NCBI GenBank assembly: GCA_031987665.1
Contig: DALZZG010000003.1
Coordinates: 45,629-109,628 of the forward strand
Direction of reading: 5' to 3'
DNA from: Stenotrophomonas sp.
Lineage (GTDB): Bacteria; Pseudomonadota; Gammaproteobacteria; Xanthomonadales; Xanthomonadaceae
DNA: 64,000 bases
Notes under the pieces: model-generated
What the model was told of the DNA's origin: nothing
What the model saw: only the letters and a program-made list of their open reading frames with translations
Database searches by the model: none
Shown: piece by piece, positions 1-9,473 of the stretch
Numbering within the stretch: position 1 is the stretch's first letter
Layout: each line of letters opens with the position of its first letter
Position numbers and translations under genes: made by a program

Positions 1-2
1 TG

Positions 3-581
3 CGCTTCAGTACGCAGGTGCTGCGCGAGGGCAAATCCGTGGTGAGCATGGGCGTGGACGTGCATGCCGACGATGCACTGGCCGCGCGTTTGATGCTGGT
101 GTTCGGGCGCGCGCGCGACAGCGCCGTGGTACACGACAGCGATGACCGCCCGCCGGTGAAGGCGCCGGAGGCCTACCCTGAGTTCGATCTGGCGCGTATG
201 CCGTTCGCGCCGGCGTTCATCGCCAACTTCCAGGTGCGCCCCGCCGGTGCCGCACGGCCGATCTCGGGTGCGACGCAGCCGGAGCTGCTGAACTGGGTAC
301 GCCACCGCGATGCCTCGGGTGTGGACCCAGCAGTGGCACTGGTGGCGATGGCCGACGCGATGCCGCCCGCCGCCTTCACCAGCTATACCGCACCCGCGCC
401 GATCAGTTCGATCAACTGGAGCTTCGACCTGCTGCAGCCAGCGCCGCAGGGCGAGTGGTTTCTGCTGCGCTCGCTCAGCCAGCATGCGGGCGACGGGTAT
501 TCCTCGCAGGACATGCAGGTGTGGGATGCGCAGGGGCGTGCGGTGATGCGCGGCAGGCAGAGCGTGGCGGTGTTCGCATGA
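3..581 (+). CDS. Acyl-CoA thioesterase family (double hotdog) protein, 5' end truncated by window
   Basis: Frame is open to the window edge; 'LREGKSV' and 'ALVAMADAMPPA...SSINWSFD...GDGYSSQDMQVWD' resemble TesB-like thioesterases. Confidence 0.8.
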   Translation, partial: RFSTQVLREGKSVVSMGVDVHADDALAARLMLVFGRARDSAVVHDSDDRPPVKAPEAYPEFDLARMPFAPAFIANFQVRPAGAARPISGATQPELLNWVRHRDASGVDPAVALVAMADAMPPAAFTSYTAPAPISSINWSFDLLQPAPQGEWFLLRSLSQHAGDGYSSQDMQVWDAQGRAVMRGRQSVAVFA

Positions 582-633
582 CCGCGCGGGTCTGTGCTGG
601 ATGCGGGCCGCGTAGCGAGGGCAGGGCGCTGCC

Positions 634-963
634 ATGCTGATCTTCGGCCGCGTGATCGCATTGGTGGCGATGCTGGGCTGGAGCGCATGGTTCGTGATCT
701 GTAACGTCTACGAATTCGCTCCGAGGCTGGACCCGTTCGCCTTCGGTTACGGCTGGCTGGTGGTGCTGCTGGTGTTCCGCTATTCCTTCATCGACCGCAC
801 GCGCCCCTGGGGCTGGGCGTTGTCGTTGCTGGCCGCGCTGGTGGGCCTGTACCTGCTGCTGATCCATCAGGGCACCACCGCAGGCACGGCAATGCGCACC
901 TTCGTGGTGAGCAGCATGGCGGTGCTGGTGGCCTTCAACTGGCGCCGACGCAGCAGCCACTGA
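634..963 (+). CDS. Hypothetical membrane protein (about 4 TM)
   Basis: 109-aa ORF with four hydrophobic segments and GC3-biased codons. Confidence 0.65.
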   Translation: MLIFGRVIALVAMLGWSAWFVICNVYEFAPRLDPFAFGYGWLVVLLVFRYSFIDRTRPWGWALSLLAALVGLYLLLIHQGTTAGTAMRTFVVSSMAVLVAFNWRRRSSH

Positions 964-976
964 CAACGAATGGGGC

Positions 977-1110
977 GTAGCCCGGGTAAGCAGCGCGCAC
1001 CCGGGGCTCTGCGCAGGATGTACGACTACGGCCAATCGCCAAGCGCGTGCCCGGCGCAAATGCTGGCCGCTTGAGGCGCCTCCCGGGTGCGCTTCGCTTA
1101 CCCGGGCTAC
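977..1110. repeat. Inverted REP doublet (GTAGCCCGGGTAAGC..GCGCACCCGGG family)
   Basis: GTAG-tagged palindrome at 977 and reverse copy ending CTAC at 1110, between convergent genes. Confidence 0.9.
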
Positions 1111-1123
1111 AGAACGCGCTGCC

Positions 1124-2500
1124 TTACATCTTGCGGACGCGGAAGCGCTTGCCCTTGATCTTGCCGGCTTCCAGCCGCGCCACGGCCTTGCCGGCCTGCT
1201 CGCGGGCGATGGCCACATAGGAGCGGGTGGGGAAGATGTCGATCTTGCCGATGGCCTTGCCGGCCAGCCCTGCGTCGCCGGTGAGCGCGCCAAGGATGTC
1301 GCCGGCACGCAGCTTGTCGGTCTTGCCACCGTCGATGCGCAGCGTGGTCATCGCCGCCTCTGGCAGCTGCGCCGGGCGCGCGGTGGCCAGCGGCGTCTTC
1401 TGCCAGTTCAGCGGGTTGCCCTGCAGGGTTTCCAGCGCGTCGGCGCGGTTGCGTTCGCGCCCGGCCACCAGGCTCAGCGCCAGACCGCTGCGGCCGGCGC
1501 GGCCCGTGCGGCCCACGCGGTGCTGGAAGGTGTCGCTGTCGCTGGGCAGCTCGTAGTTCACCACGGCGGCGAGGTCTTCCACGTCCAGCCCGCGTGCTGC
1601 CACATCGCTGGCGACCAGCACGTTGCAGCTGCGGTTGGCGAACTGCAGGAGCACTTCATCGCGGTCACGCTGCTCCATGTCGCCGTGCAGTGCCAGCGCC
1701 GAGAAACCGAACTGACGCAGTGAGTTGGCGACTTCGTCCACGTCCTTGCGGGTGTTGCAGAACACCACCGCCGACTCGGGCGTGTACTTGAGCAGCAGCC
1801 CGGCCAGCGCCTTCTGCCGGTGGGCGGATTCCACCTCGAAGAACAGCTGCTGGATGGCGGGCGCTTCCTGCTGGCCATCAATGGTCACTTCGACCGGTTC
1901 ATTGAGCAGCGCGCGTGCCAGCTCCCGGATTTCCTCCGGGAAGGTGGCCGAGAACAGCAGGCTCTGCCGCTCCTTGTGGGTGCGGCCCGCGATCTCGCGG
2001 ATTGGCTCCTCGAAACCCATGTCGAGCATTCGGTCGGCTTCGTCCAGCACGAAGCTGCGCACCTGGCCCAGATTGAGCGCACGCTTGCGCGCCAGCTCCT
2101 GCACACGGCCGGGCGTGCCCACGACCACCTGCGGATCATGCGCTTCCAGCGAGGCCAGCTGCGGCCCCAGCGGCACGCCGCCGGTGAGCACCAGCAGCTT
2201 GAGATTGGGAATGCCGGTAGCCAGCTTGCGCAGCTGCTTGCCGACCTGGTCGGCCAGTTCGCGGGTAGGGCAGAGCACAAGCGCCTGGGTGCGGATGGTG
2301 GCCGGGTCCAGACGGTTGAGCAGGCCCAGCCCGAAGGCGGCGGTCTTGCCGGAGCCGGTGGGCGCCTGGGCGATCACATCGCGCCCTTCCAGGATCGGCG
2401 GCAGGCTCAGCGCCTGCACCGGCGTAAGGGTGGTATAGCCGAGCGCGTCGATGCCGGGGGCGAGTGCCGGCGACAGCGGCAGGGTGGTGAATTCAGTCAT
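1124..2500 (-). CDS. dbpA: ATP-dependent RNA helicase DbpA
   Basis: Q motif, PTGSGKT, PTRELA, DEAD, SAT and HRVGRTGR motifs; C-terminal 'GGKTDKLRAGDILGAL' RNA-binding domain. Confidence 0.95.
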   Translation of the reverse strand: MTEFTTLPLSPALAPGIDALGYTTLTPVQALSLPPILEGRDVIAQAPTGSGKTAAFGLGLLNRLDPATIRTQALVLCPTRELADQVGKQLRKLATGIPNLKLLVLTGGVPLGPQLASLEAHDPQVVVGTPGRVQELARKRALNLGQVRSFVLDEADRMLDMGFEEPIREIAGRTHKERQSLLFSATFPEEIRELARALLNEPVEVTIDGQQEAPAIQQLFFEVESAHRQKALAGLLLKYTPESAVVFCNTRKDVDEVANSLRQFGFSALALHGDMEQRDRDEVLLQFANRSCNVLVASDVAARGLDVEDLAAVVNYELPSDSDTFQHRVGRTGRAGRSGLALSLVAGRERNRADALETLQGNPLNWQKTPLATARPAQLPEAAMTTLRIDGGKTDKLRAGDILGALTGDAGLAGKAIGKIDIFPTRSYVAIAREQAGKAVARLEAGKIKGKRFRVRKM

Positions 2501-2554
2501 GCCGCATTTTCGCAGAAGCGGGGCGGGTGTGCTTGGTGTGCGTGGCAGCGGAAG

Positions 2555-2611
2555 CTCCCCCCTCTCCCCAACCCCTCTCCCCTCGCGGGAGAGGGGTTGG
2601 GGAGAGGGGAG
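2555..2611. repeat. CCCTCTCCC-type palindromic repeat (long near-perfect hairpin)
   Basis: cctctccccaacccctctccc-ctcgc-gggagaggggttggggagagg. Confidence 0.85.
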
Positions 2612-2613
2612 TG

Positions 2614-3669
2614 CTACATCAGCGCCCGCACACCCATGTTGATCGCGAAACCACCGCCCAGCAGCCAGGTAAACAGCAGCACGGCCAGCAGCATCGGTTT
2701 GGTGCCTGCCTGCCGCAGAGCCGAGACATGTGTGGTCAGGCCCAGCGCGGCCATCGCCATCGCCAACAGGGCGGTATCCAGATCAACCAGCATCTTCACC
2801 AGCGTGGCAGGCAGCAGCTGCAGCGAGTTGAAGGCGACCATGGCGATGAAGCCAAACGCGAACCACGGAATGGTGATGCGTGCCCTCTGCCCGCCATCGC
2901 TGCGCTCGCCGCGGGCCAGCAGCGCCGACAGGCCCACCAGAAAGGGCGCCAGCATCATCACCCGCACCATCTTGGTGATGACGGCCGCATCGGCGGCAGG
3001 CTGGCTGATGGCGCGCCCAGCGGCCACCACCTGCGCAACTTCATGCACGGTGGAACCGGTGAACACACCGAAGGCGGTGTCATCGAAGGGCATCCAGCCC
3101 GCGCTCACGCCCCACTGGTACAGGGCCGGGTAGAGGAACATCGCCACGGTGCCGAACACCACCACTGTCGCCACGGCCACCGCGACCTGCTCGGCGCGGC
3201 CTTTCACCACGGGCTCGGCGGCCATCACCGCGGCGGCGCCGCAGATGGAGCTGCCCGCGCCGATCAGCAGCGACGAATTGCGGTCCATGCCCAGCACGCG
3301 GGTACCCAGCCACCAGGCCAGGGCAAAAGTCGAGCACAGCACCAACGCGTCGATCAGCACGCCGGTGGTGCCGACATGGCCGATGTCCTGCAGAGTGAGG
3401 CGCAGGCCATAGAGGATGATGCCGGCACGCAGCAGGGTGGCCTTGGAGAAGCCGACGCCCGCCGCTGCATGGGGGGCGAGGGAGTGGTACACGGTATTGC
3501 CGAGGGCGATGCCGATGACGATGGCCAGGGTCAGCGCACTGATGCCGTGCGCCTGCATCCAGGGCAGGGTGGCCAGCCAGATCGACAGGCCAGCAATGGC
3601 GGCGGTCAGCAGGAGGCCGGGAAACCGGTTGTGGGTAGGGGCTGTCCCCTTTTGGGAAGCGGTAGTCAT
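2614..3669 (-). CDS. yeiH: YeiH family membrane protein (putative sulfate exporter)
   Basis: Multi-TM; 'GAGSSICGAAAVMA', 'HEVAQVVAAG', 'KMVRVMML'; divergent from a LysR gene. Confidence 0.9.
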   Translation of the reverse strand: MTTASQKGTAPTHNRFPGLLLTAAIAGLSIWLATLPWMQAHGISALTLAIVIGIALGNTVYHSLAPHAAAGVGFSKATLLRAGIILYGLRLTLQDIGHVGTTGVLIDALVLCSTFALAWWLGTRVLGMDRNSSLLIGAGSSICGAAAVMAAEPVVKGRAEQVAVAVATVVVFGTVAMFLYPALYQWGVSAGWMPFDDTAFGVFTGSTVHEVAQVVAAGRAISQPAADAAVITKMVRVMMLAPFLVGLSALLARGERSDGGQRARITIPWFAFGFIAMVAFNSLQLLPATLVKMLVDLDTALLAMAMAALGLTTHVSALRQAGTKPMLLAVLLFTWLLGGGFAINMGVRALM

Positions 3670-3765
3670 GACGTCGGGTTATCAGAAGATGGCCAATCCT
3701 CGCCCCTGCGTTATCAGCTGTAAAACAGATACTATTCGTACGAACAACCTGTTAAACGGGTAGAT

Positions 3766-4671
3766 ATGCATCTCTCCCTGCGCCAACTGCAGATTTTCTC
3801 GGCCATCGCCGAGGCTGGGACCACCACGGCGGCCGGCGAGGTCATCGGCCTGTCGCAGTCGGCGGCAAGCGCGGCGCTGGTCGAACTGGAAAGCCTGCTC
3901 GGGCTTGCTCTGTTCGACCGGGTCGGGCGGCGGCTGGTGCTCAACGGGCATGGCCGCGCCCTGCTGCCGGAGGCGCGCACGCTGCTGGCGGGGATGGCTG
4001 ACATCGAGCGCCGCTTCAGCACGGGCCGTGAAACCACTGCCCCGGTGCGCTGGCGAGTAGGGGCCAGCACCACCATCGGCAACTATCTGATGCCGGGCCG
4101 CATCGCCGGCCTGCTGGAAGCCAACCCCCGGGCCCATGTGGACCTGGTCATCGGCAATACGCGCGAAGTGACCAGCGCCGTGCAGCATCTGGAAGTGGAC
4201 ATCGGCCTGATCGAAGGCCCGTGCCACGAGCCGGGACTGGAGGTAGTGGACTGGATGGAGGACGAGCTGGTCATCGTCTTCGGCCCACGCCACAAGCAGG
4301 CGGCTGACCTGCAGAAGGGCGCAAGCCTGAGCCAGCTGCGGCAGGCCTGCTGGTTGCTGCGTGAACCGGGATCAGGCACCCGTGAGGCGGCCGAACAGGC
4401 GCTGCTGCCGCACCTGCACGGCTTTGCCGAGGTGCTGCAGCTGGGTGGCACCGAGGCCATCAAGCAGGGCGCGGTGGCCGGGCTGGGGTTGGCCTGCCTG
4501 TCGCGGCATGCGGTGGCTGACCTGATCGAACTGGGCAGACTGCAGCTGCTGGTCACGCCGCTGCCGCCCCTGCGACGGCGGTTGTGGGTGGTCCGCCACC
4601 CCGGCAAGCGCTTGCCGGACAGCCTGCGTCAGCTTCTGGCACTGCCGCGGCAGGTATTCGCCGACGACTGA
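3766..4671 (+). CDS. LysR family regulator (YeiE-like)
   Basis: N-terminal HTH 'LRQLQIF...SQSAASAALVELE', 'GASTTIGNY', 'REPGSGTR'. Confidence 0.92.
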   Translation: MHLSLRQLQIFSAIAEAGTTTAAGEVIGLSQSAASAALVELESLLGLALFDRVGRRLVLNGHGRALLPEARTLLAGMADIERRFSTGRETTAPVRWRVGASTTIGNYLMPGRIAGLLEANPRAHVDLVIGNTREVTSAVQHLEVDIGLIEGPCHEPGLEVVDWMEDELVIVFGPRHKQAADLQKGASLSQLRQACWLLREPGSGTREAAEQALLPHLHGFAEVLQLGGTEAIKQGAVAGLGLACLSRHAVADLIELGRLQLLVTPLPPLRRRLWVVRHPGKRLPDSLRQLLALPRQVFADD

Positions 4672-4697
4672 GGGCCCGCAGCCCGTACAATAGCGGG

Positions 4698-6596
4698 ATG
4701 CCTTTGATTACCCTGCAGAACGTCGACTACAGCGTCGGCGGCCCGTTGTTGCTGGAAAAAGCCGAACTGTCGATCGACGCGGGCGAGCGTATCGCCCTGA
4801 TCGGCCGCAACGGCGCCGGCAAATCCACCCTCATGAAGCTGATGGCCGGCGAACTGAAGCCGGACGATGGCGAAGTGCGCGTCCAGCAGGGCGTGCGCGT
4901 GACCCGTCTGGAACAGGAAGTGCCACACGGCGCGGCCGGCAGCGTGTTCGACGTGGTCGCCGATGGCCTCGGTGAGCTGGGCCACTGGCTGGCCGAGTTC
5001 CACCGCCTGAGCCACGCCGAGGTGTTCGACGGCGATGCGATGGGCAAGGTGCAGGCCAAGATCGACGGGGCCGATGGCTGGGCGCTGGATCAGCGCGTCT
5101 CCGAAACCCTGACAAAGCTCGAACTGGATGGCGAGGCTGATTTCAACCGGCTTTCCGGTGGCATGAAGCGCCGTGTGCTGCTTGCGCGGGCGCTGGTGGC
5201 CGGGCCCGACGTGCTGCTGCTAGATGAGCCCACCAACCATCTGGACATCCAGGCCATCGACTGGCTGGAAGGCTTCCTCAAGGGCTGGAACGGCTGCGTG
5301 GTGTTCGTCACCCATGACCGCCGCTTCCTGCGCGCGCTGGCCACCCGCATCGTCGAGATCGACCGTGGCCAGGTGACCAGCTGGCCGGGCGACTGGGCCA
5401 ACTACGAGCGCCGTCGCGAAGAGCGCCTCAACGCGCAGGCGCAGGAGAACGCCCGCTTCGACAAGCTGCTGGCACAGGAGGAAGTGTGGATCCGGCAGGG
5501 CATCAAGGCACGCCGCACCCGCGACGAAGGCCGCGTGCGCCGGCTCAAGGCCATGCGCAACGAGCGCAGCCAGCGCCGTGAGCTGGGCGGAAACGTCAAG
5601 CTGGAAGCGGCGGCGGGCGAGAACTCCGGCAAGAAGGTCATCGACATCAAGGACGTCGGTTTCGCCTTCGGCCCGCGCGTGATGATCAAGGATTTCTCCA
5701 CCACCATCCTGCGTGGCGACCGTATCGGCCTGATCGGCCCCAACGGCAGCGGCAAGACCACGCTGCTGAAGCTGCTGCTGGGCGAACTGCAGCCGGACAG
5801 CGGCGAGGTGCGCCAGGGCACCAACCTGCAGATCGCCTATTTCGACCAGTACCGTGCGACCTTGCGCGAGGACTGGAGCGCGATCGAGAACGTGGCTGAA
5901 GGCGCGGACTTCATCGACCTCAACGGCAAGCGCAAGCATGTGCATGCCTATCTGCAGGACTTCCTGTTCACGCCCGAGCGTGCGCGCGCGCCGATCACCC
6001 GCCTGTCCGGTGGCGAGCGCAACCGCCTGCTGCTGGCCAAGCTGTTCGCACAGCCGTCCAACCTGCTGGTGATGGACGAACCGACCAACGATCTGGACGT
6101 GGAAACGCTGGAGCTGCTGGAAGAGCTGCTGGCCGACTACACCGGTACGCTGCTGCTGGTCAGCCATGACCGTGACTTCCTCGACAACGTGGTGACCTCC
6201 ACGCTGGTGCTGGAAGGCGAGGGCAAGGTGGGCGATTACGTGGGTGGTTACAGCGATTCGCTGCGCCAGCGCCCGGCACCTGCACAGAGCGCGGCGGCGG
6301 TGGCCAAGGCCTCTGCGACCGCCGTGCCGGTGCAACCGGTCGCTGCACCGCCAGCCGCTGCCGAAGCCGCGCCTGCCAAGCGCAAGCTGAGCTTCAAGGA
6401 TGCGCGTGAACTGGAGCAGCTGCCGTCCCGCATCGAGCAGCTGGAGCTGGACGTGGAAGGCCTGACCAGCGCGATGAACGACCCCGCGTTCTACACGCGG
6501 TCCAGCGCGGAAGTCACCGCGCACACCCAGCAGCTGGCCAAGGTGCAGGCTGAACTGGACACGGCCTACGCGCGCTGGGAAGAACTGGACGGCTGA
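4698..6596 (+). CDS. uup: ABC-F family ATPase Uup
   Basis: Two ABC domains (GRNGAGKS, GPNGSGKT), no TM, C-terminal coiled coil 'KRKLSFKDARELEQLP'; ATG 4698 follows TACAAT. Confidence 0.92.
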   Translation: MPLITLQNVDYSVGGPLLLEKAELSIDAGERIALIGRNGAGKSTLMKLMAGELKPDDGEVRVQQGVRVTRLEQEVPHGAAGSVFDVVADGLGELGHWLAEFHRLSHAEVFDGDAMGKVQAKIDGADGWALDQRVSETLTKLELDGEADFNRLSGGMKRRVLLARALVAGPDVLLLDEPTNHLDIQAIDWLEGFLKGWNGCVVFVTHDRRFLRALATRIVEIDRGQVTSWPGDWANYERRREERLNAQAQENARFDKLLAQEEVWIRQGIKARRTRDEGRVRRLKAMRNERSQRRELGGNVKLEAAAGENSGKKVIDIKDVGFAFGPRVMIKDFSTTILRGDRIGLIGPNGSGKTTLLKLLLGELQPDSGEVRQGTNLQIAYFDQYRATLREDWSAIENVAEGADFIDLNGKRKHVHAYLQDFLFTPERARAPITRLSGGERNRLLLAKLFAQPSNLLVMDEPTNDLDVETLELLEELLADYTGTLLLVSHDRDFLDNVVTSTLVLEGEGKVGDYVGGYSDSLRQRPAPAQSAAAVAKASATAVPVQPVAAPPAAAEAAPAKRKLSFKDARELEQLPSRIEQLELDVEGLTSAMNDPAFYTRSSAEVTAHTQQLAKVQAELDTAYARWEELDG

Positions 6597-6671
6597 GCGC
6601 CTGCCGCGTAGGGTCGGTGCGTCGGCAGTGTGGACCGCTGCCGCGCACTTCCACTGGATGAGGGCCGCCGC

Positions 6672-7097
6672 ATGCACAGGCCATTCGAGGTCGAGCGCAT
6701 CGACCATGTGGTGTTTCGTGTTCGTGACCTGGAGGCGTCGATCGCCTTCTATCGCGACGTGCTTGGCTGTGAGGTCGCACGCGAGCGCCCAAGGCTGGGG
6801 CTGGTGCATCTGCGTGCCGGCGCTTCGATGATCGACCTGATAAGCATCGATGGCGAGCTGGGCCGGCGTGGCGGCGCGCCGCCGGGCGGTGAAGCGCACA
6901 ACGTCGATCACCTCTGTCTGCGTGTGGAGCCATTCGATGACGCCGTGCTGGTGGCATATCTGGCCGCGCACGGCGTAGCACCGCAGGCACCGGCCACGAT
7001 CAATTTCGGTGCCGAAGGCGAGGGGCCATCGCTGTACATCAACGACCCCGACGGCAACACCATCGAGCTGAAAGGCAGCGCCGCCGAGTCCCCGTAG
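6672..7097 (+). CDS. VOC/glyoxalase family protein
   Basis: 'IDHVVFRVRDLEASIAFY', 'DHLCL', 'DPDGNTIEL'. Confidence 0.9.
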   Translation: MHRPFEVERIDHVVFRVRDLEASIAFYRDVLGCEVARERPRLGLVHLRAGASMIDLISIDGELGRRGGAPPGGEAHNVDHLCLRVEPFDDAVLVAYLAAHGVAPQAPATINFGAEGEGPSLYINDPDGNTIELKGSAAESP

Positions 7098-7101
7098 AAC
7101 C

Positions 7102-7241
7102 GTAGCCCGGGTAAGCGCACGCGCACCCGGGGGCTCTTCTCGATTCCCGCGCAGAGCTCGCCGGCCATCTATCGAGTGCCACTGCTTTCCGTTGTTCTTT
7201 TGCCAGATGCTCCCTGGGTGCGCTGCGCTTACCCGGGCTAC
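7102..7241. repeat. Inverted REP doublet
   Basis: GTAGCCCGGGTAAGCG at 7102; reverse copy ends at 7241. Confidence 0.9.
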
Positions 7242-7312
7242 ACGGCACGCGCCACCCTTGAAGGCACGCCAACAGGCGCGCATGCTGCCGCCATCGTCAG
7301 GGGAGGGGACAT

Positions 7313-7840
7313 ATGCGTCGCACGATGGCAGGTATCGCAATGATGATGGCGGTGGTGGCCACGCCGCTGCATGCAGAGGTGAAGGACAGCGCCGCCAGTG
7401 GTTTCACCGTGGAGAACTCGGCCTTGATCGCGGCACCGCCCGCAAAGGTGTGGCAAGCCATGACCGGTGCCATCGACCAGTGGTGGCCGAAGGATCACAG
7501 CTGGTGGGGCGCCGCCTCGCGGTTGTCCATCGATGCGCGCGCTGGCGGCTGCTTCTGCGAGATCGCAGGCGCGCAGCAGGCACAACACCTGCAGGTGTTG
7601 TTCGTCGATCCCGAAAAGACCCTGCGCATGGGCGGAGGCCTGGGGCCGCTGCAGGGCATGGGTTTGCACGGCGTGGCCGAATGGACGCTGCAACCCGAAG
7701 GCGATGCCACCCGCGTGACCTGGCGTTACCGGGCGGGCGGCTACACGCCGGATGACCTGTCGAAGTTCGCCCCGGTGGTGGATAGAGTGCAGGCGCAGCA
7801 GCTGGACGGACTGGCCCGCCATCTGCGCGACACCCCCTGA
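7313..7840 (+). CDS. SRPBCC/AHSA1-like protein with signal peptide
   Basis: Signal peptide ending 'PLHA-E'; 'IAAPPAKVWQAM...QWW', 'GGLGPLQGM'. Confidence 0.75.
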   Translation: MRRTMAGIAMMMAVVATPLHAEVKDSAASGFTVENSALIAAPPAKVWQAMTGAIDQWWPKDHSWWGAASRLSIDARAGGCFCEIAGAQQAQHLQVLFVDPEKTLRMGGGLGPLQGMGLHGVAEWTLQPEGDATRVTWRYRAGGYTPDDLSKFAPVVDRVQAQQLDGLARHLRDTP

Positions 7841-7859
7841 GGGTTGGCCCTGCGCTCTC

Positions 7860-8290
7860 GTAGCCCGGGTAAGCGCAGCGCACCCGGGAAGCAGGAGACA
7901 GCGCGGCAACGGAAGGCAAGACATTGCTCCAAACCCAGAAGAGCTGCTTCGTCAGCACCACTCCAGAAGCCCCGGGTGCGCGCAGGCGCTTACCCGGGCT
8001 ACGGGTCCGCGCGAGACCCCAGGGTGCCGCTACCTCCCGCCCTTGTAGCCCGGGTAAGCAAAGCGCACCCGGGAGGCGAGGAACGGTTCGGCAACGGAAC
8101 GCGAAACATCGCGCAGACCCCAAACGGACCACTTCGTCAGCACCGCTCCAAAAGCCCCGGGTGCGCGCAAGCGCTTACCCGGGCTACGGGTTCGTGCGAG
8201 CCCCCTGAGCGCCGCCACCTCCCGCCCTTGTAGCCAGGGTAAGCAAAGCGCACCCGGGAAGCGCGGAACAGCTCGGCAACGGAACGCGAG
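7860..8290. repeat. Tandem REP-doublet array (BIME/REPIN-like), about 2.5 units, period 185 bp
   Basis: Forward REPs at 7860, 8045 and 8230; reverse REPs end at 8002 and 8187; linkers similar between units. Confidence 0.9.
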
Positions 8291-8294
8291 GCCG

Positions 8295-8750
8295 TCAGGC
8301 CTCGTCGTCCTCGACGGCTTCTTCTTCCGTCGCGCCGCCGTCAGGCAGCTCGAAGAAGGCCCAGAACGGCACCTTGTCCTCGGCCCAGCTGGCGGAGGCT
8401 TCGGACAGCACGTCCAGCAACGTGTCGAAATCGTTGCGGCTGGTCTGCCGCAGATCATCGGCCTCGCTGAACAACAGCGCGTAGCCGTTGGCAGGCAGCC
8501 ACGAGAGGTCGCGCAGCGCGTCGGACAGCGCGTCCCAGTTGCGGCCCCAGTTCGCGGGGAAATCCAGCTGTGTGCCGATGCGCATCAACAGCGTGCGCTT
8601 GTCGCTGCAGCCTTCCAGATCCAGCCGCAGCACCTTGAGCCCTGCATCGCGCGCAGCGGCGGCCAGGCCGCCCAGGTCGCCGTCGCCCACGCCGTACACG
8701 CCGGCCTGGCTGGCATCGTCCAGGCCCATGTCGAAACCGCTGTCACTCAT
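8295..8750 (-). CDS. Barstar family RNase inhibitor
   Basis: 'LDFPANWGRNWDALSDALRDL' barstar signature; acidic; overlaps the RNase stop. Confidence 0.9.
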   Translation of the reverse strand: MSDSGFDMGLDDASQAGVYGVGDGDLGGLAAAARDAGLKVLRLDLEGCSDKRTLLMRIGTQLDFPANWGRNWDALSDALRDLSWLPANGYALLFSEADDLRQTSRNDFDTLLDVLSEASASWAEDKVPFWAFFELPDGGATEEEAVEDDEA

Positions 8751-9207
8751 GCTGCTCTCCGGTGGCCGGGACGTTGAAGCTGCGGAAGCTCTGATAGTGG
8801 TCGTCGGTGTAATACCAGGCGTCCGGCGGATCGCCGCCGGTGACAATGCGCTTGGCGCCCCGATGGTTCAGCCCCGGCGTATCCACGGTGTACTCGCGGT
8901 AGTAGCCGCGCGGGCGCTGGGGCAGCTGGCGCTCGCGGTTGCCGAACGTGCTGCCATCCTGGCGGTGCGGGTAGGGGCCGCCACGCTGGATCAGTGCGAT
9001 GGTGTCGCGCGCTTCGGGTGGCAGGAAGGCCGGCAGCGGATCAGGCCGGGGGGCTCTGGCCGTGGCCGGCGCTTCCGCCGCGGCACCGGTGCCGTCCGTC
9101 AGCGAGGGAGCGAACTGCGGCGGCGGCGGTTGCTGCGCCGCGCGCATTCCCCACAGGCCACCGACCAGCAGGACGACGGCGATGACCAGAAGAAGGGGCT
9201 TGCGCAT
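8743..9207 (-). CDS. Guanyl-specific ribonuclease (RNase Sa/barnase family) with N-terminal signal/TM
   Basis: 'GGPYPHRQDGSTFGNRERQLP...YYREYTV...RGAKRIV...YYTDDHY'. Confidence 0.92.
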   Translation of the reverse strand: MRKPLLLVIAVVLLVGGLWGMRAAQQPPPPQFAPSLTDGTGAAAEAPATARAPRPDPLPAFLPPEARDTIALIQRGGPYPHRQDGSTFGNRERQLPQRPRGYYREYTVDTPGLNHRGAKRIVTGGDPPDAWYYTDDHYQSFRSFNVPATGEQHE

Positions 9208-9373
9208 GGGCGTGGCGGTTTTGCGGAACAGGCCGCGATTATCACGCCAAACGTGCGACATGCTTGAATGGAAGTTCAGCCGGATGCTTCACGCGGCAGT
9301 AACAGAGCACGCCCGTGCGGGCCTGAAATACACGCTGGACCACCGGCAGGACAAACTTTCCTTTACATCGGTC

Positions 9374-9402
9374 TTGGTAAGTTGGGCATTCCTGCCTACC
9401 AT
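9374..9402 (+). promoter_or_regulatory. Candidate sigma70 promoter of sodA
   Basis: TTGGTA-17 nt-TACCAT, about 70 nt upstream of AAGGAG RBS/ATG. Confidence 0.45.
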
Positions 9403-9473
9403 TCCCTTCTGCATCTACGCTGCCCGGCCTGGCCCGGGCACAGACCCCAGGCATATACCCAAGGAGAACACCG

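Noticed and set aside
9260..9473. Mn riboswitch or Fur box upstream of sodA
   Set aside because: Hairpins exist, but I see no yybP-ykoY conserved motif or GATAATGATAATCATTATC-like box
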